This document shows positions 9,742 to 22,446 of a DNA stretch of 64,000 bases, one piece after another (the stretch's first letter is position 1; each line of letters begins with the position of its first letter). The DNA is from Amphiscolops sp. MND2022 (lineage: Eukaryota). Location: NCBI GenBank assembly GCA_964187785.1, contig OZ076409.1:72604001-72668000 (forward strand). Direction: 5' to 3'. The notes beneath the pieces were generated by a model. The model did not search any database. It saw nothing but the letters and a program-made list of their open reading frames with translations, and was not told where the DNA came from. The translations under genes and the position numbers were made by a program.

Positions 9742-11725
9742 GTGGGCGGGGGTAATTCCCCAACAAAAATTACGGCCGGCGGGTTGGGTCCTGCCGGACG
9801 TCAAATAGCAAAGAATATCTAGTAGGAAACGGCGACACAGAATCGCGATTTTTAAATCTAACCACAATTTTTTGGACTTGGAGTGCATGCGGCCCTGAAA
9901 TGTCCATACGAATCGAAGTTCCTGCTGACGTTAAGCGATTGAAATAATATATAAAAAGTTATGGCCCATTTTTCACTCACATAGAAGGGTAAAATGAGGA
10001 AATTTTTAACAAAGTCGCTGATAACTCAAAATGTGTTAATTTTTGGACATTGACTGTGAAACAAGCTTGGAACCTTCATTTCGTGGCGGTGGCATTGCAC
10101 TAAACACAAAAGATGTAAAGTTTTTACATTTTTTGAAAATTCGACTTTTTTGAAATTTTTTTCACTACTATCAGTACCCCATATGTCAAAAACGCCTCAG
10201 AAAAAAATTTTTATTTGCTTTAAATTGGAAACCTTGGTATTCATGGTTTCTGTCGGAACCTACTCGCAGCCAAACACCCAACAGTTTGCATCCAAAGTGA
10301 AAATAAAATTTTTTTCGGGGTCATAAGCGTTTCACAAGGATTTCTCAACTTAGTATTAATTTACAAAATGGTCATTTTGAACACAATATTTTCATCGAGG
10401 CATGTCGGCTATAGTCCTATTGCTCACGAACGGTCCTACTGGCAACGTAATAACCATTTATAGAAATGTAAAGTTATAAAAAAAATTTTTCACCCGGTCT
10501 TCAGTCATTTTTCAGTCATTCGGAACTTAACTTAGAAAAATTTCGACCAAAATATCCATTTTTTGTCAGGTCGAAAAATCAAATTCAGATTTTTAAGCAA
10601 AATTATTAACTCTGACGTAACCCATGGGGCCCATGATACTCAAAACAACGATTGACACTGGTATCAATGGCTCCAATAACATATGAGTCGCGATAAGACG
10701 TTATTTTGAGCATTACGTCTCAATTGAGGTAAAGATCTCGCAAGCCAGCGATCACTGTGAAATGTGATTTCATCAAAAATTTACTCTTTTTTGTCAATCA
10801 CTATGTGCACAGAATGCGTAGGGTGCGTTTCAGCACTATAATGAGGTTTTTGAAGGCATCGAGTTGCTCAAGGGGTGGTATGAGACATATTTGTCCCATA
10901 TACTACTGTATTTTCCAAAATTTTTAACCCAATATCTGGAAATACCAACTTGACAAAATACTTTCAACTACTTTATTCAAAGGTTACAATATGGATGAAC
11001 ACTGTGGTTGATCAGAAACTTTCATCTCTTTCGTTTTCCGAAATATTTCCTTTCGCATGTGTTACATTCGTAGCAGAAAAAAAAATCGAAACTGAAAAAT
11101 ACGCAATTTTGCTAATATAGAATCGCAATGATTGTGCCTAAAAACTCTTTAAACACTTCTAACGCAACCTTACGCACCCAAAATGATCGAAAATGCTATT
11201 CACAATGGTGACATGTGCTCTTTCTACGATCCTGGCTGGACAAGGTTTGCATATTTTTCAAGTACCTGTCAGCTAAATCTTGTGATAGCCTTTTCAGTTG
11301 GCCTTGTGTCAACTTGGGAAGGCTATCACATCAAAAAACCATCAACGAAAATAATTTTTGTCTATTGGATCTTACAGTCGATACTTTTTTTCGTGATTTT
11401 ATACTACCGTTAGTATATTTCATCAGGTCACCTTACGATTGCATTCAGTCTTTGATAAAAACCTATGAACTCAAAGTCACATTTATATATTTTTTTGCCA
11501 AAAAAAACATCCAAAATATCTAAAATATATAAAATAGAATCATTAACATTTTTACAGTTCAAGTTTCTGCCGTTATTAGGCCAATCAACGTCCTAGAGCC
11601 ACATCCTGTCATACTGTACAACGCCACAAAGTGTTGCGACGTGCACAGTCTGTGGGCATGCCGAGGCATGCCCTTCGACGACGTATGCCGAATACCGCGG
11701 GCCTACGCCCGCGCTCCCCGGCTAG
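9742..11725 (+). mobile_element. U5, family B short cassette (1984 bp, head B1)
   Basis: Bounded by CTAG|GTG junctions; homologous to U2. Confidence 0.6.
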
Positions 11726-13708
11726 GTGGGCGGGGGTAATTCCCCAACAAAAATTACGGCCGGCGGGTTGGGTCCTGCCGGACGTCAAATAGCAAAGAAT
11801 ATCTAGTAGGAAACGGCGACACAGAATCGCGATTTTTAAATCTAACCACAATTTTTTGGACTTGGAGTGCATGCGGCCCTGAAATGCCCATACGAATCGA
11901 AGTTCCTGCTGACGTTAAGCGATTGAAATAATATATAAAAAGTTATGGCCCATTTTTGGGTCACCGAGAAGGGCAAAATGAGGAAAATTTTAACTAAGTC
12001 GCTGATAACTCAAAATGTGTTAATTTTTGGACATTGACTGTGAAACAAGCTTGGAACCTTCATTTCGTGGCTGTGGCATTGGACTGAACACAAAAGATGT
12101 AAAGTTTTTACATTTTTTGAAAATTCGACATTTTTGATTTTTTTTTCACTAGTATCAGCACCCCATATGTCAAAAACGCCTCAGAAAAAAATTTTTATTT
12201 GCTTTAAATTGGAAACCTTGGTATCCATGGTTTCTGTCGGAACCTACTCGCAGCCAAACACCCAACAGTTTGCATCCAATGTGAAAATAAAAATTTTTTC
12301 TGGGTCATAAGCGTTTCACAAGGATTTCTCAACTTAGTATTAATTTACAAAATGGTCATTTTGAACACAATATTTTCATCGAGGCTTGTCGGCTATAGCC
12401 TTAATGTTCTAGAACGGTCCCACTGGCAACGTAGGAACCATTTATAGTAATGGAAAGTAATAAAAAAATATTTTCACCCGGTCTTCAGTCATTTTTCAGA
12501 CATTCGGAACTTATCTTAGAAAAATTTCGTCTCAAACACCCATTTTTTGACAGGTCGAAAAATCAAATTAGGATTTTTAAGCACAATTATTAACTCTGAC
12601 GTAACCCTTGGGGCCCATGATACTCAAAACAACGATTGACACTGTTATCAATGGCTCCAATAACATATGAGTCGCGATAAGACGTTATTTTGAGCAATAC
12701 GTCTCAATTGAGGTAAACATCTCGCAAGCCTGGGATCACAGTGGAATGTAAATTCATCAAAAGTTTACTCATTTTTGTCAATCACTATGTGCACAGAGTG
12801 CGTAGGGTGAGTTCCAGCACTATAATGAGGTTTTTGAAGGCATCGGGTTGCTCAAGGGGTGGTATGAGACATTTTTTTTCTATATACTACTGTATTTTCC
12901 AAAATGTTTAGCCCATTATCTGGAAAAACTAACTTGACAAAATACTTTCAATGATTTTATTCAAAGGCTACAATGTAGATGAACCCAGTGGTTGATCAGA
13001 AACTTTCATCTCTTTCGTTTTCCGAAATATTTCCCTTCGCATGTGTTACATTTGTAGCAGAAAAAAAATCGAAACTGAAAAATACGATATTTTGCTAATA
13101 TAGAATCGCAATGATTGTGTCTAAAAACTCTTTAAACACTTCTAACGCGACCTTACGCACCCAAAATGATCAAAAATGCTATTCACAATGGTGACATGTG
13201 CTCTTTCAACGATCCTGACTGAACAATTTTCGCAAATTATTCAAGTACCTGTTAACTGAATCTCGTGATAGCCTTTTAAGTTGGCCTTGTGTCAACTTGG
13301 GAAGGCTATCACATCAAAAAATTTTCAACAAAAATACTTTTTGTTTATTGGAAATGACAGTCGATATATAATTTCGTGATTCTATACTACCGTTAGTACC
13401 TTCCATTAAGTCACCTGACGATTGCTTTCAGTCTTTGATAAATACCTATGAACTCGAAGTCTTATTTATAAATTTTGTGCTAAAAATAAACATCAAAACT
13501 ATCCAAATTATTTAAAATTGAGTCTTTACCGTTTTTGTTTTTCTTTTTCTACTGTTATTAGGCTCATCAACTTCCCACAGCCACGCTCTCTGTCATTAGT
13601 ACAACGCCACATAGTGTTGCGACGTGCACGGTCTGTGGGCATGCCGAGGCATGCCCTTCGACGACGTATGCCGAATGCACTGCGGCGACGCCCGCAGTCC
13701 AAGGCTAG
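11726..13708 (+). mobile_element. U6, family B short cassette (1983 bp) with a unique terminal module
   Basis: Body nearly identical to U8; ends ACTGCGG-CGACGC-CCGCAGT-CCAAGG-CTAG. Confidence 0.6.
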
Positions 13709-14520
13709 GTGGGGGGGATATATCTCCACTTTTTTTGCGACCGCGGGTAGGGTCCTGTCGGGAGCTTCTATTTACCAAGCTTACGGCGCTATATACTAGA
13801 GAAAATTTTTCCGGCACCGAACTTTTTTTTGAACCATAGGATTTGTACCATTTTTTGCATGCGGCCCTAATTTGGGCATACAAGACGAAGTTCCTGCTGA
13901 CGTTAAGCGATGGTTTCATTGTGTAACGAGATATAGCCACTTTTTGGTGCGAATTTTGAGGTATTTTTGAGAAAAATTTTACAAACAGCTCGAATGCAAA
14001 AAATTGAAAAACTTGTGACAATCGACCTATCACTGGTTTAAACCTTCGATTCTTTGCCCTAGCAATGCACTAGACCCAAAAGATCTAAAACTTTTACATT
14101 TTCCAAAAATTTGACCAAATTGACTCGGGTTTCACTACTATATGTAACCAATGTGACAAAAACACCTCAGAAAAAAATTTTTATTTGCTTAAATTTAGAA
14201 ACCTTGGTATCCATGGTTTCTGTCGGAACCTACTCGCAGCCAAACACTCAACAGTTTGCATCCAATGTGAATTTAAATTTTTTTTCGAGGTCATAGGTGT
14301 TTCACAAGGATTTCACAACTTAGTTTCATATTACAAATTGGTCATTTTCAACATCATATTTCCATCGAGGCATGTCGGATAGAGTGTTATTGCTTACGAA
14401 CGGTCCTACTGGCAACGTGTTAACCATTTATAGAAATACAAAGTTATAAAAAAATTTTTTCACCCGTTCTTCCATCATTTTTCAGACATTCGGAACTTAT
14501 CTTAGAAAAATTTCGTCTCA

Positions 14521-15700
14521 AAAACCCATTTTTTGTCAGGTCGAAAACTCAAATTCAGCTTTTTAAGCACAATTATTAACTCTGACGTAACCAGTGGGGC
14601 CCATGATACTCAAAACAACGATTGGGGTTGGTACCATTGGCTCAAATAACATATGAGTCGCGATAAGACGTTATTTTTAGCCATACGTCTCAATTGAGGT
14701 AAACATCTCGCAAGCCAGGGATCTCTGTGAAATGTGATTTCATCAAAAAGTTACCCATTTTCGCCAATTACTATGTGCACAGAGTGCGTAGGGTGAGTTT
14801 CAGCACTATAATGAGGTTTTTGAAGGATTCGGGTTGCTCAAAGGGTGGTATGAGACATTTTTTTCCCATATACTACTGTATTTTCCAAAAATTTTAGCCC
14901 ATTATCTGGAAAAACTAACTTGACAAAATACTTTCAGTTACTCTATTCGAAGCTTAGAATATAGATGAACACTGTGGTTGATCAGAAACTATTAACTATT
15001 TTGTTTTTAGAAAAAAACTGCCTTGCATGTGTTACATTAGTGGCAGGAAAAATACCAGTAGCTCCAAAAATCAAAAATTTGGACGGACAGACTTCCAATG
15101 ATGCAAAACAAAAACGTTTCAACAACTTCTGACGCCACTTTTTTTACCCAAGAGGTTCGAAAACACCATTAACAATGCTGACATTCGCAATAAATAAGAT
15201 CGAGGTCTATTTACTAACACTTAGGTTTTAAATTTTTTTCTCGGAAACCCATTATTGTCAGGTCGCAAATTCAAATTTGGTTTTGGAAGCAATACTTTTC
15301 ACTCTGAAGCAAACCGTTGGGCCCAAAATACTCAACAACAACAAAAAGACTATCACCATATGCTCTAATAACATATGAGATGCGACTGTATGTTTTTAAC
15401 ACAATAACTCTCATTCTGAAGTAAACATGTTGAAAGCCTTGAATCACAGTGAGAAGTGATTTCATCAAAAACTATTTCTTTTTCGTCAATCACTAAATAC
15501 ACAGAACCCGTTGTGTTAGTTTCAGTAGTGAAATGAGGTTCTACCGTAATATCGGTTGCTCAAGGTGTTGTATAAGGCAAAAACTTCCTCTTTTCTACTA
15601 ACTTCTTCAAATATTTCAACCCTTTGTCACACGAAGTTAATATTCAAAATCTCTTTGAATTGTTTCTTAAGGTTGTGGTGAATTGTTAGAACAATTACTA
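14521..15700 (+). repeat. Old ~722-bp-period direct duplication inside long cassette U7 (also present in U11, U12 and U19)
   Basis: CCCATTTTTTGTCAGGTCG (~14525) recurs as CCCATTATTGTCAGGTCG (~15248); GTGATTTCATCAAAAA at ~14734 and ~15456; GGTTGCTCAA at ~14832 and ~15554. Confidence 0.85.
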
Positions 15701-15946
15701 TGATCGAAGAATGCTAGTATTGGTGTTTGGACCATGTCCGGATGAACAAATCGCAAAATCAAGAAAAAATTGTTTCCTTTTTTGGTTATTTTGGCAGTAC
15801 TAAAAATGTTAGCTGATAAATAATTTTTTCGAAGGCACCATTGGATTCCGCTCAAAAAGTTGATTATAAGACATGTGTAATAACCCCGTATCTTTTCAAT
15901 TTAAATAAATTTAAAAAGCAAACTTTTTGACGAAAATCCTAAAAAT

Positions 15947-17284
15947 CATACCATTTCCTAAAAAATTTCAAATGCACTCCATTTGACGTATAAGAATAGC
16001 ACAGAAAACTATCATATACCGATCAACTTTACTCCCATTGTAGACTATTAGAATTTTGTTTTGATTGAATTTTGAAGAATATTAAAAAATTTTGAACCCT
16101 CCAAAAATGGACCAAAATTACACGAAAAAATTGACCTTAAAATTTTAAAATGTCAAAAAATCATCAAAACCACAACTTCTTGGGGTTCTATCAACTCCAC
16201 GTGGTCCACAGAGTACGCTAAAACAGGTTTTACCCGTTTTTGAGCAATATGTGAAAAAGCCGACATTTTTGGGAAAGAAAAACATACCATTTCCTAAAAA
16301 ATTTCAAATGCACGCCATTTGCCGTATGAGAATAGCACAGAAAACTATCACATACCGATCAACTCTACTTTCATTGTAGATGATTAGAAGTTAGTTTAAA
16401 TGAAAATTAGACGGATAATAAAAAAATATAAATCCTCCAAAAGTGGGCAAAAATTACACGAAAAAATTGTCCTTAAAATATTAAAATGTCCAAAAATCAT
16501 CAAAACCACAGCTTCTTGGGGTTCTATCAACTCCACATGGTCCACAGAGTACGCTAAAACAGGTTTTACACGTTTTTGAGCAATATGTGGAAAAGCCGAC
16601 ATTTTTGGGAAAGAAAAACATAACATTTCCTAAAAAAATTCACATGCACGCCATTTGGCGTATAAGAATAGCACAGAAAACTATCATATACCGATCAACT
16701 CTACTCCTATTGTAGATTATTAGAACTTTGTTTTGAATGAATTTTGAAGGATAATAAAAAATTTTGAACCCTCCGAAAATGGGCTAAAATTACACGAAAA
16801 AAGTGACCTTAAAATTTTAAAATGTCTAAAAATCATCAAAACCACAGCTTCTTGAGGTTCTATCAACTCCACATGGCCCACAGAGTATGCCAAACCAGGT
16901 TTTGCGCGTTTTTGAGCAAAATTTAGGAAAGCCGATTTTTTTGAGGAAGAAAAACATATCATTTCCTAAAAAACTTCAAATGCACGCCATTTGGCGTATA
17001 ACAATAGCACAGAAAACTATCACATACCAATCAACTCTACTCTTTTTGTAGATTACCAGAAGTTTGCTTAGAATAACTTTTGATGAATATTTATAAATTT
17101 TAAACCCTCCTAATATGGGCCAAAATCACACGGAAAAATTGACCCTAAGTATTAAAATGTCAGATATTCATCAAAACCCCAGCTTCTTGGGGTTCTATCA
17201 TTTCCATATGACTTTCAGTGTATACCAAACAAGTTATTAACATTGGGCGATAATTAAAAAGACCAATTTTATTCTGAAGAAAAC
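15947..17284 (+). repeat. Internal tandem repeat, 4 x 336 bp (U7)
   Basis: CATACCATTTCCTAAAAA-type starts at 15947, 16283, 16619 and 16955; the last copy is degenerate. Confidence 0.95.
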
Positions 17285-17501
17285 CATAATATGTTCAATA
17301 TAAGAAGTGAATCATTCCACATATATACCCTGTCTAATATTCTAAATTAGCAAAAAAATATATACTTGATGTTTTTTGAATGTGAGCTTCATAAAAGGTT
17401 GAGATGTGATAATACGTAAATGGAATCCAAGTTTCATCGAAAAGTCAATGGAATACGTCCAATCAACTTCAATCTTAACAATTCGATAACAAAAAACACT
17501 T

Positions 17502-17543
17502 AAGTACATTCCATCTCCCTATCGGGGAGATGAGAATGTACTT
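17502..17543 (+). other. Internal ~40-nt stem-loop of long units (also 28239-28279, 32996-33038, 49698-49738)
   Basis: AAGTACATTC-CATCTCCC..GGGAGATG-A-GAATGTACTT inverted repeat. Confidence 0.85.
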
Positions 17544-18476
17544 TTCTAAAACTAAAAACTTAGATCTTTCTATCTTTTGTAACACTTACTGTAACAGCTG
17601 AAATGATGAAAGGATAATTATTCTTCTAATAACTTCAAGATTTTTTGCTTCACCTTTTATTTCTGCAGAACAAAACCATAAGACATACATATTTTTCGCA
17701 GTTAAGTTCGACTGTATTACCCAGTGAACAAAGGTATGACAGGAAGAATACAAGTTGTCTCAAAACTTTCCCGCCTTCCAAAATCATGAAACGTCTACAC
17801 AACCAAGATAGTAAAGGAATGAATGTGGAATGCATCATTTTAGTTAAAATAAATAACGTGTAGAACTTACCTTTATCTGAAGATGATGTTGATTTATGAT
17901 CTTTAGAGGATAGTTCAATTTTTGACCATAATAGTGCGAAACTAATTATTATATGAATAATGGCGTGGAAAGCGTTCAGAAATTGCAGTATTTTCGATTC
18001 GAGCATGTATGCGTGGGTTCCTTTGGTGGCAGTAGCTTAGTGTACATGATGGAAGTTTTCGATCTATTATGATAAAATTTACTCACAAGTCTTTGTTTTT
18101 CCTATTTTTTTATGCCATTAAGTACATTCATTCTATCCCCTTCTCTGGGAATGTACGTTTGCCAAATGACTGTCATCCAAATTTTGCATTCGCGAAGAGT
18201 TTAAATACATAAACACGTCTTTAGCGTTTCCAAATCACAACCGATTAACATTTTTAAAAATTTTTTTTATGAAAATTGATAATTTGTTTTGATTTTGGTA
18301 TCTTCTACTTTTATCATCCATCATAACAAGCACGTTACCATGTCTCTCGCTTGTCTTCATTTTACAACGACACATAGCGTTCCGACTCCCACCGTCTGTG
18401 GGCATGCCGAGGCATGCCCTTCGACGACGTATGCCAACTACTTTTTATATCTACACCCGATTGCGGTAGCGGCTAG

Positions 18477-20457
18477 GTGGGCGGGGGTAATTCCCCTTCA
18501 AAAAATTCGGCCGGCGGGTTGGGTCCTGCCGGACGTCAAATAGCAGAAAATACCTATTAGGAAACGGCGACACAAAACGGCGATTTTTAAATCTAACCAC
18601 AATTTTTTGGACTTGGAGTGCATGCGGCCCTGAAATGCCCATACGAATCGAAGTTCCTGCTGACGTTAAGCGATTGAAATAATATATAAAAAGTTATGGC
18701 CCATTTTTGGGTCACCGAGAAGGGCAAAATGAGGAAAATTTTAACTAAGTCGCTGATAACTCAAAATGTGTTAATTTTTGGACATTGACTGTGAAACAAG
18801 CTTGGAACCTTCATTTCGTGGCTGTGGCATTGCACTGAACACAAAAGATGTAAAGTTTTCACATTTTTTGAAAATTCGACATTTTTGAATTTTTTTTCAC
18901 TAGTATCAGCACCCCATATGTCAAAAACGCCTCAGAAAAAAATTTTTATCTGCTTTAAATTGGAAACCTTGGTATCCATGGTTTCTGTCGGAACCTACTC
19001 GCAGCCAAACACCCAACAGTTTGCATCCAATGTGAAAATAAAAATTTTTTCTGGGTCATAAGCGTTTCACAAGGATTTCTCAACTTAGTATTAATTTACA
19101 AAATGGTCATTTTGAACACAAAATTTTCATCGAGGCTTGTCGGCTATAGGCTTAATGTTCTAGAACGGTCCCACTGGCAACGTAGGAACCATTTATAGTA
19201 ATTGAAAGTTATAAAAAAATTTTTCACCCGTTCTTCAGTCATTTTTCAGACATTCGGAACTTATCTTAGAAAAATTTCGTCTCAAACACCCATTTTTTGA
19301 CAGGTCGAAAAATCAAATTAGGATTTTTAAGCAAAATTATTAACTCTGACGTAACCCATGGGGCCCATGATACTCAAAACAACGATTGACACTGGTATCA
19401 ATGGCTCCAATAACATATGAGTCGCGATAAGACGTTATTTTGAGCAATACGTCTCAATTGAGGTAAACATCTCGCAAGCCTGGGATCACAGTGAAATGTA
19501 AATTCATCAAAAATTTACTCATTTTTGTCAATCACTATGTGCACAGAGTGCGTAGGGTGAGTTCCAGCACTATAATGAGGTTTTTGAAGGCATCGGGTTG
19601 CTCTAGGGGTGGTATGAGACATTTTTTTCTATATACTACTGTATTTTCCAAAACTTTTAGCCCATTATCTGGAAAAACTAACTTGACAAAATACTTTCAA
19701 TGATTTTATTCAAAGGCTACAATGTAGATGAACCCAGTGGTTGATCAGAAACTTTCATCTCTTTCGTTTTCCGAAATATTTCCCTTCGCATGTGTTACAT
19801 TTGTAGCAGAAAAAAAATCGAAACTGAAAAATACGCTATTTTGCTAATATAGAATCGCAATGATTGTGCCTAAAAACTCTTTAAACACTTCTAACGCGAC
19901 CTTACGCACCCAAAATGATCAAAAATGCTATTCACAATGGTGACATGTGCTCTTTCAACGATCCTGACTGAACAATTTTCGCAAATTATTCAAGTACCTG
20001 TTAACTGAATCTCGTGATAGCCTTTTAAGTTGGCCTTGTGTCAACTTGGGAAGGCTATCACATCAAAAAATTTTCAACAAAAATACTTTTTGTTTATTGG
20101 AAATGACAGTCGATATATAATTTCGTGATTCTATACTACCGTTAGTACCTTCCATTAAGTTACCTGATGATTGCTTTCAGTCTTTGATAAATACCTATGA
20201 ACTCGAAGTCTTATTTATAAATTTTGTGCTAAAAATAACCATCAAAACTATCCAAATTATTTAAAATTGAGTCTTTACCGTTTTTGTTTTTCTTTTTCTA
20301 CTGTTATTAGGCTCATCAACTTCCTACAGCCACGCTCTCTGTCATTAGTACAACGCCACATAGTGTTGCGACGTGCACAGTCTGTGGGCATGCCGAGGCA
20401 TGCCCTTCGACGACGTATGCCGAATACCGCGGGCCTACGCCCGCGCTCCCCGGCTAG
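18477..20457 (+). mobile_element. U8, family B short cassette (1981 bp)
   Basis: Bounded by CTAG|GTG junctions; body matches U6. Confidence 0.6.
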
Positions 20458-22446
20458 GTGGGCGGGGGTAATTCCCCAACAAAAATTACGGCCGGCGGGT
20501 TGGGTCCTGCCGGACGTTCAAATAGCGCGAAGCATCTAGTAGAAAACAAGGAGTCCTGAAACAGCGATTTTAAAATTGAACCGTTAGAATTTGGTTTTAG
20601 ATTGCATGCGGCCCTAAAATCCCCATACGAATGGAAGTTCCTGCTGGCGTTAAGCGATTGAAATAATATATAAAAAGTTATGGCCCATTTTTGGGTCACC
20701 GAGAAGGTCAAAATGAAGAAAATTTTAACTAAATTGCTGATAACTCAAAATGTGTTAATTTTTGGACTTTGACTGTGAAACAAGCTTGGAACCTTCATTT
20801 CGTGTCTGTGGCATTGCACTGAACACAAAAGATGTAAAGTTTTCACATTTTTTGAAAATTCGACATTTTTGAATTTTTTTTCACTACTATCAGTACACTA
20901 TATGTCAAAAACACCTCTGAAAATTTTTTTTTATTGCTTAAATTTAGCAACCTCGGTATCCATGGTTTCCGTCAGTACCTACTCGCTGCCAAACACTCAA
21001 CAGTTTGCATCCAATGTGAAAATAAAATTATTTTCGAGGTCTTAGGTGTTTCACAAGGATTTCTCAACTTAGTATCAATTTACAAATTGGTCATTTTGAA
21101 CACATTATTTTCATCGAAGCGTGTCATATACCGCCCTAATGCTCACGAACGGGCCTACTGGCAACGTTGGAACCATTTATAGTAATAAAAAGTTTTAAAA
21201 AAATTTTTTCACCCCGTCTTCAGTCATTTTACACACTTTCGGAACTTAACTTAGAAAAATTTCAACCAAAAACCCATTTTTTGTCAAGTCGAAAATTCAA
21301 CTTCAGCTTTTTAAGCAAAATAAATAAATCTGACATAACCAGTGGGGCCCATGAAACTCAAAACCACGATTGAGACTGGTATCAATGGCTCCAATAACAT
21401 ATGAGTCGCGATAAGACGCTATTTTGAGCAAAACATCTCAATTGAGGTAAAGATCTCGCAAGCCAGCGATCACTGTGAAATGTGATTTCATCAAAAATTT
21501 ACTCTTTTTTGTCAATCACTATGTGCACAGAATGCGTAGGGTGCGTTTCAGCACTATAATGAGGTTTTTGAAGGCATCGAGTTGCTCAAGGGGTGGTATG
21601 AGACATTTTTGTCCCATATACTACTGTAGTTTCCAAAAATTTTACCCCAATATCTGGAAATACAAACTTGACAAAATACTTTCAATTACTTTATTCAAAG
21701 GTTACAATATAGATGAACACTGTGGTTGATAAGAAACTTTCATCTCTTTCGTTTTCGGAAATATTTCCGTTCGCATGTGTTACATTCATAGCAGAAAAAA
21801 AAATCGAAACTGAAAAATATGCTATTTTGCTGATATAGAATCGCAATGATTGTGCCTAAAAACTCTTTAAACACTTCTAACGCAACCTTACGCACCCAAA
21901 ATGATCGAAAATGCTATTCACAATGGTGACATGTGCTCTTTCTACGATCCTGGCTGGACAAGGTTTGCATATTTTTCAAGTACCTGTCAGCTAAATCTTG
22001 TGATAGCCTTTTCAGTTGGCCTTGTGTCAACTTGGGAAGGCTATCACATCAAAAAACCATCAACAAAAATAATTTTTGTTTATTGGATCTTACAGTCGAT
22101 ACTTTTTTTCGTGATTCTATACTACCGTTAGTATATTTCATCAGGTCACCTTACGATTGCATTCAGTCTTTGATAAAAACCTATGAACTCAAAGTCACAT
22201 TTATATAGTTTTTTGCCAGAAAATAACATCAAAAATATCTAAAATATATAAAATAGAGTCTTTAACATTTTTACGTTTCAAGTTTTTGCCGTTATTAGAC
22301 CAATCAACGTCCTAGAGCCACATCCTGCCACATACTGTACAACGCCACATAGTGTTGCGACGTGCACAGTCTGTGGGCATGCCGAGGCATGCCCTTCGAC
22401 GACGTATGCCGAATACCGCGGGCCTACGCCCGCGCTCCCCGGCTAG
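20458..22446 (+). mobile_element. U9, family B short cassette, subtype B2 (1989 bp)
   Basis: Head ...GGACGTTCAAATAGCGCGAAGC; near-identical to U16, U20 and U25. Confidence 0.6.

Larger units (their letters stand above)
13709..18476 (+). mobile_element. U7, long cassette (4768 bp)
   Basis: B-like first ~1.3 kb, ~722-bp duplication, four 336-bp repeats, long-class 3' region, then core and CTAG. Confidence 0.6.

Noticed and set aside
10350..10362. TAGTATTAA resembling the CRESS-virus nonanucleotide TAGTATTAC
   Set aside because: The last base mismatches, it is not in a stem-loop, it is not at the junction, and it is not conserved across units.
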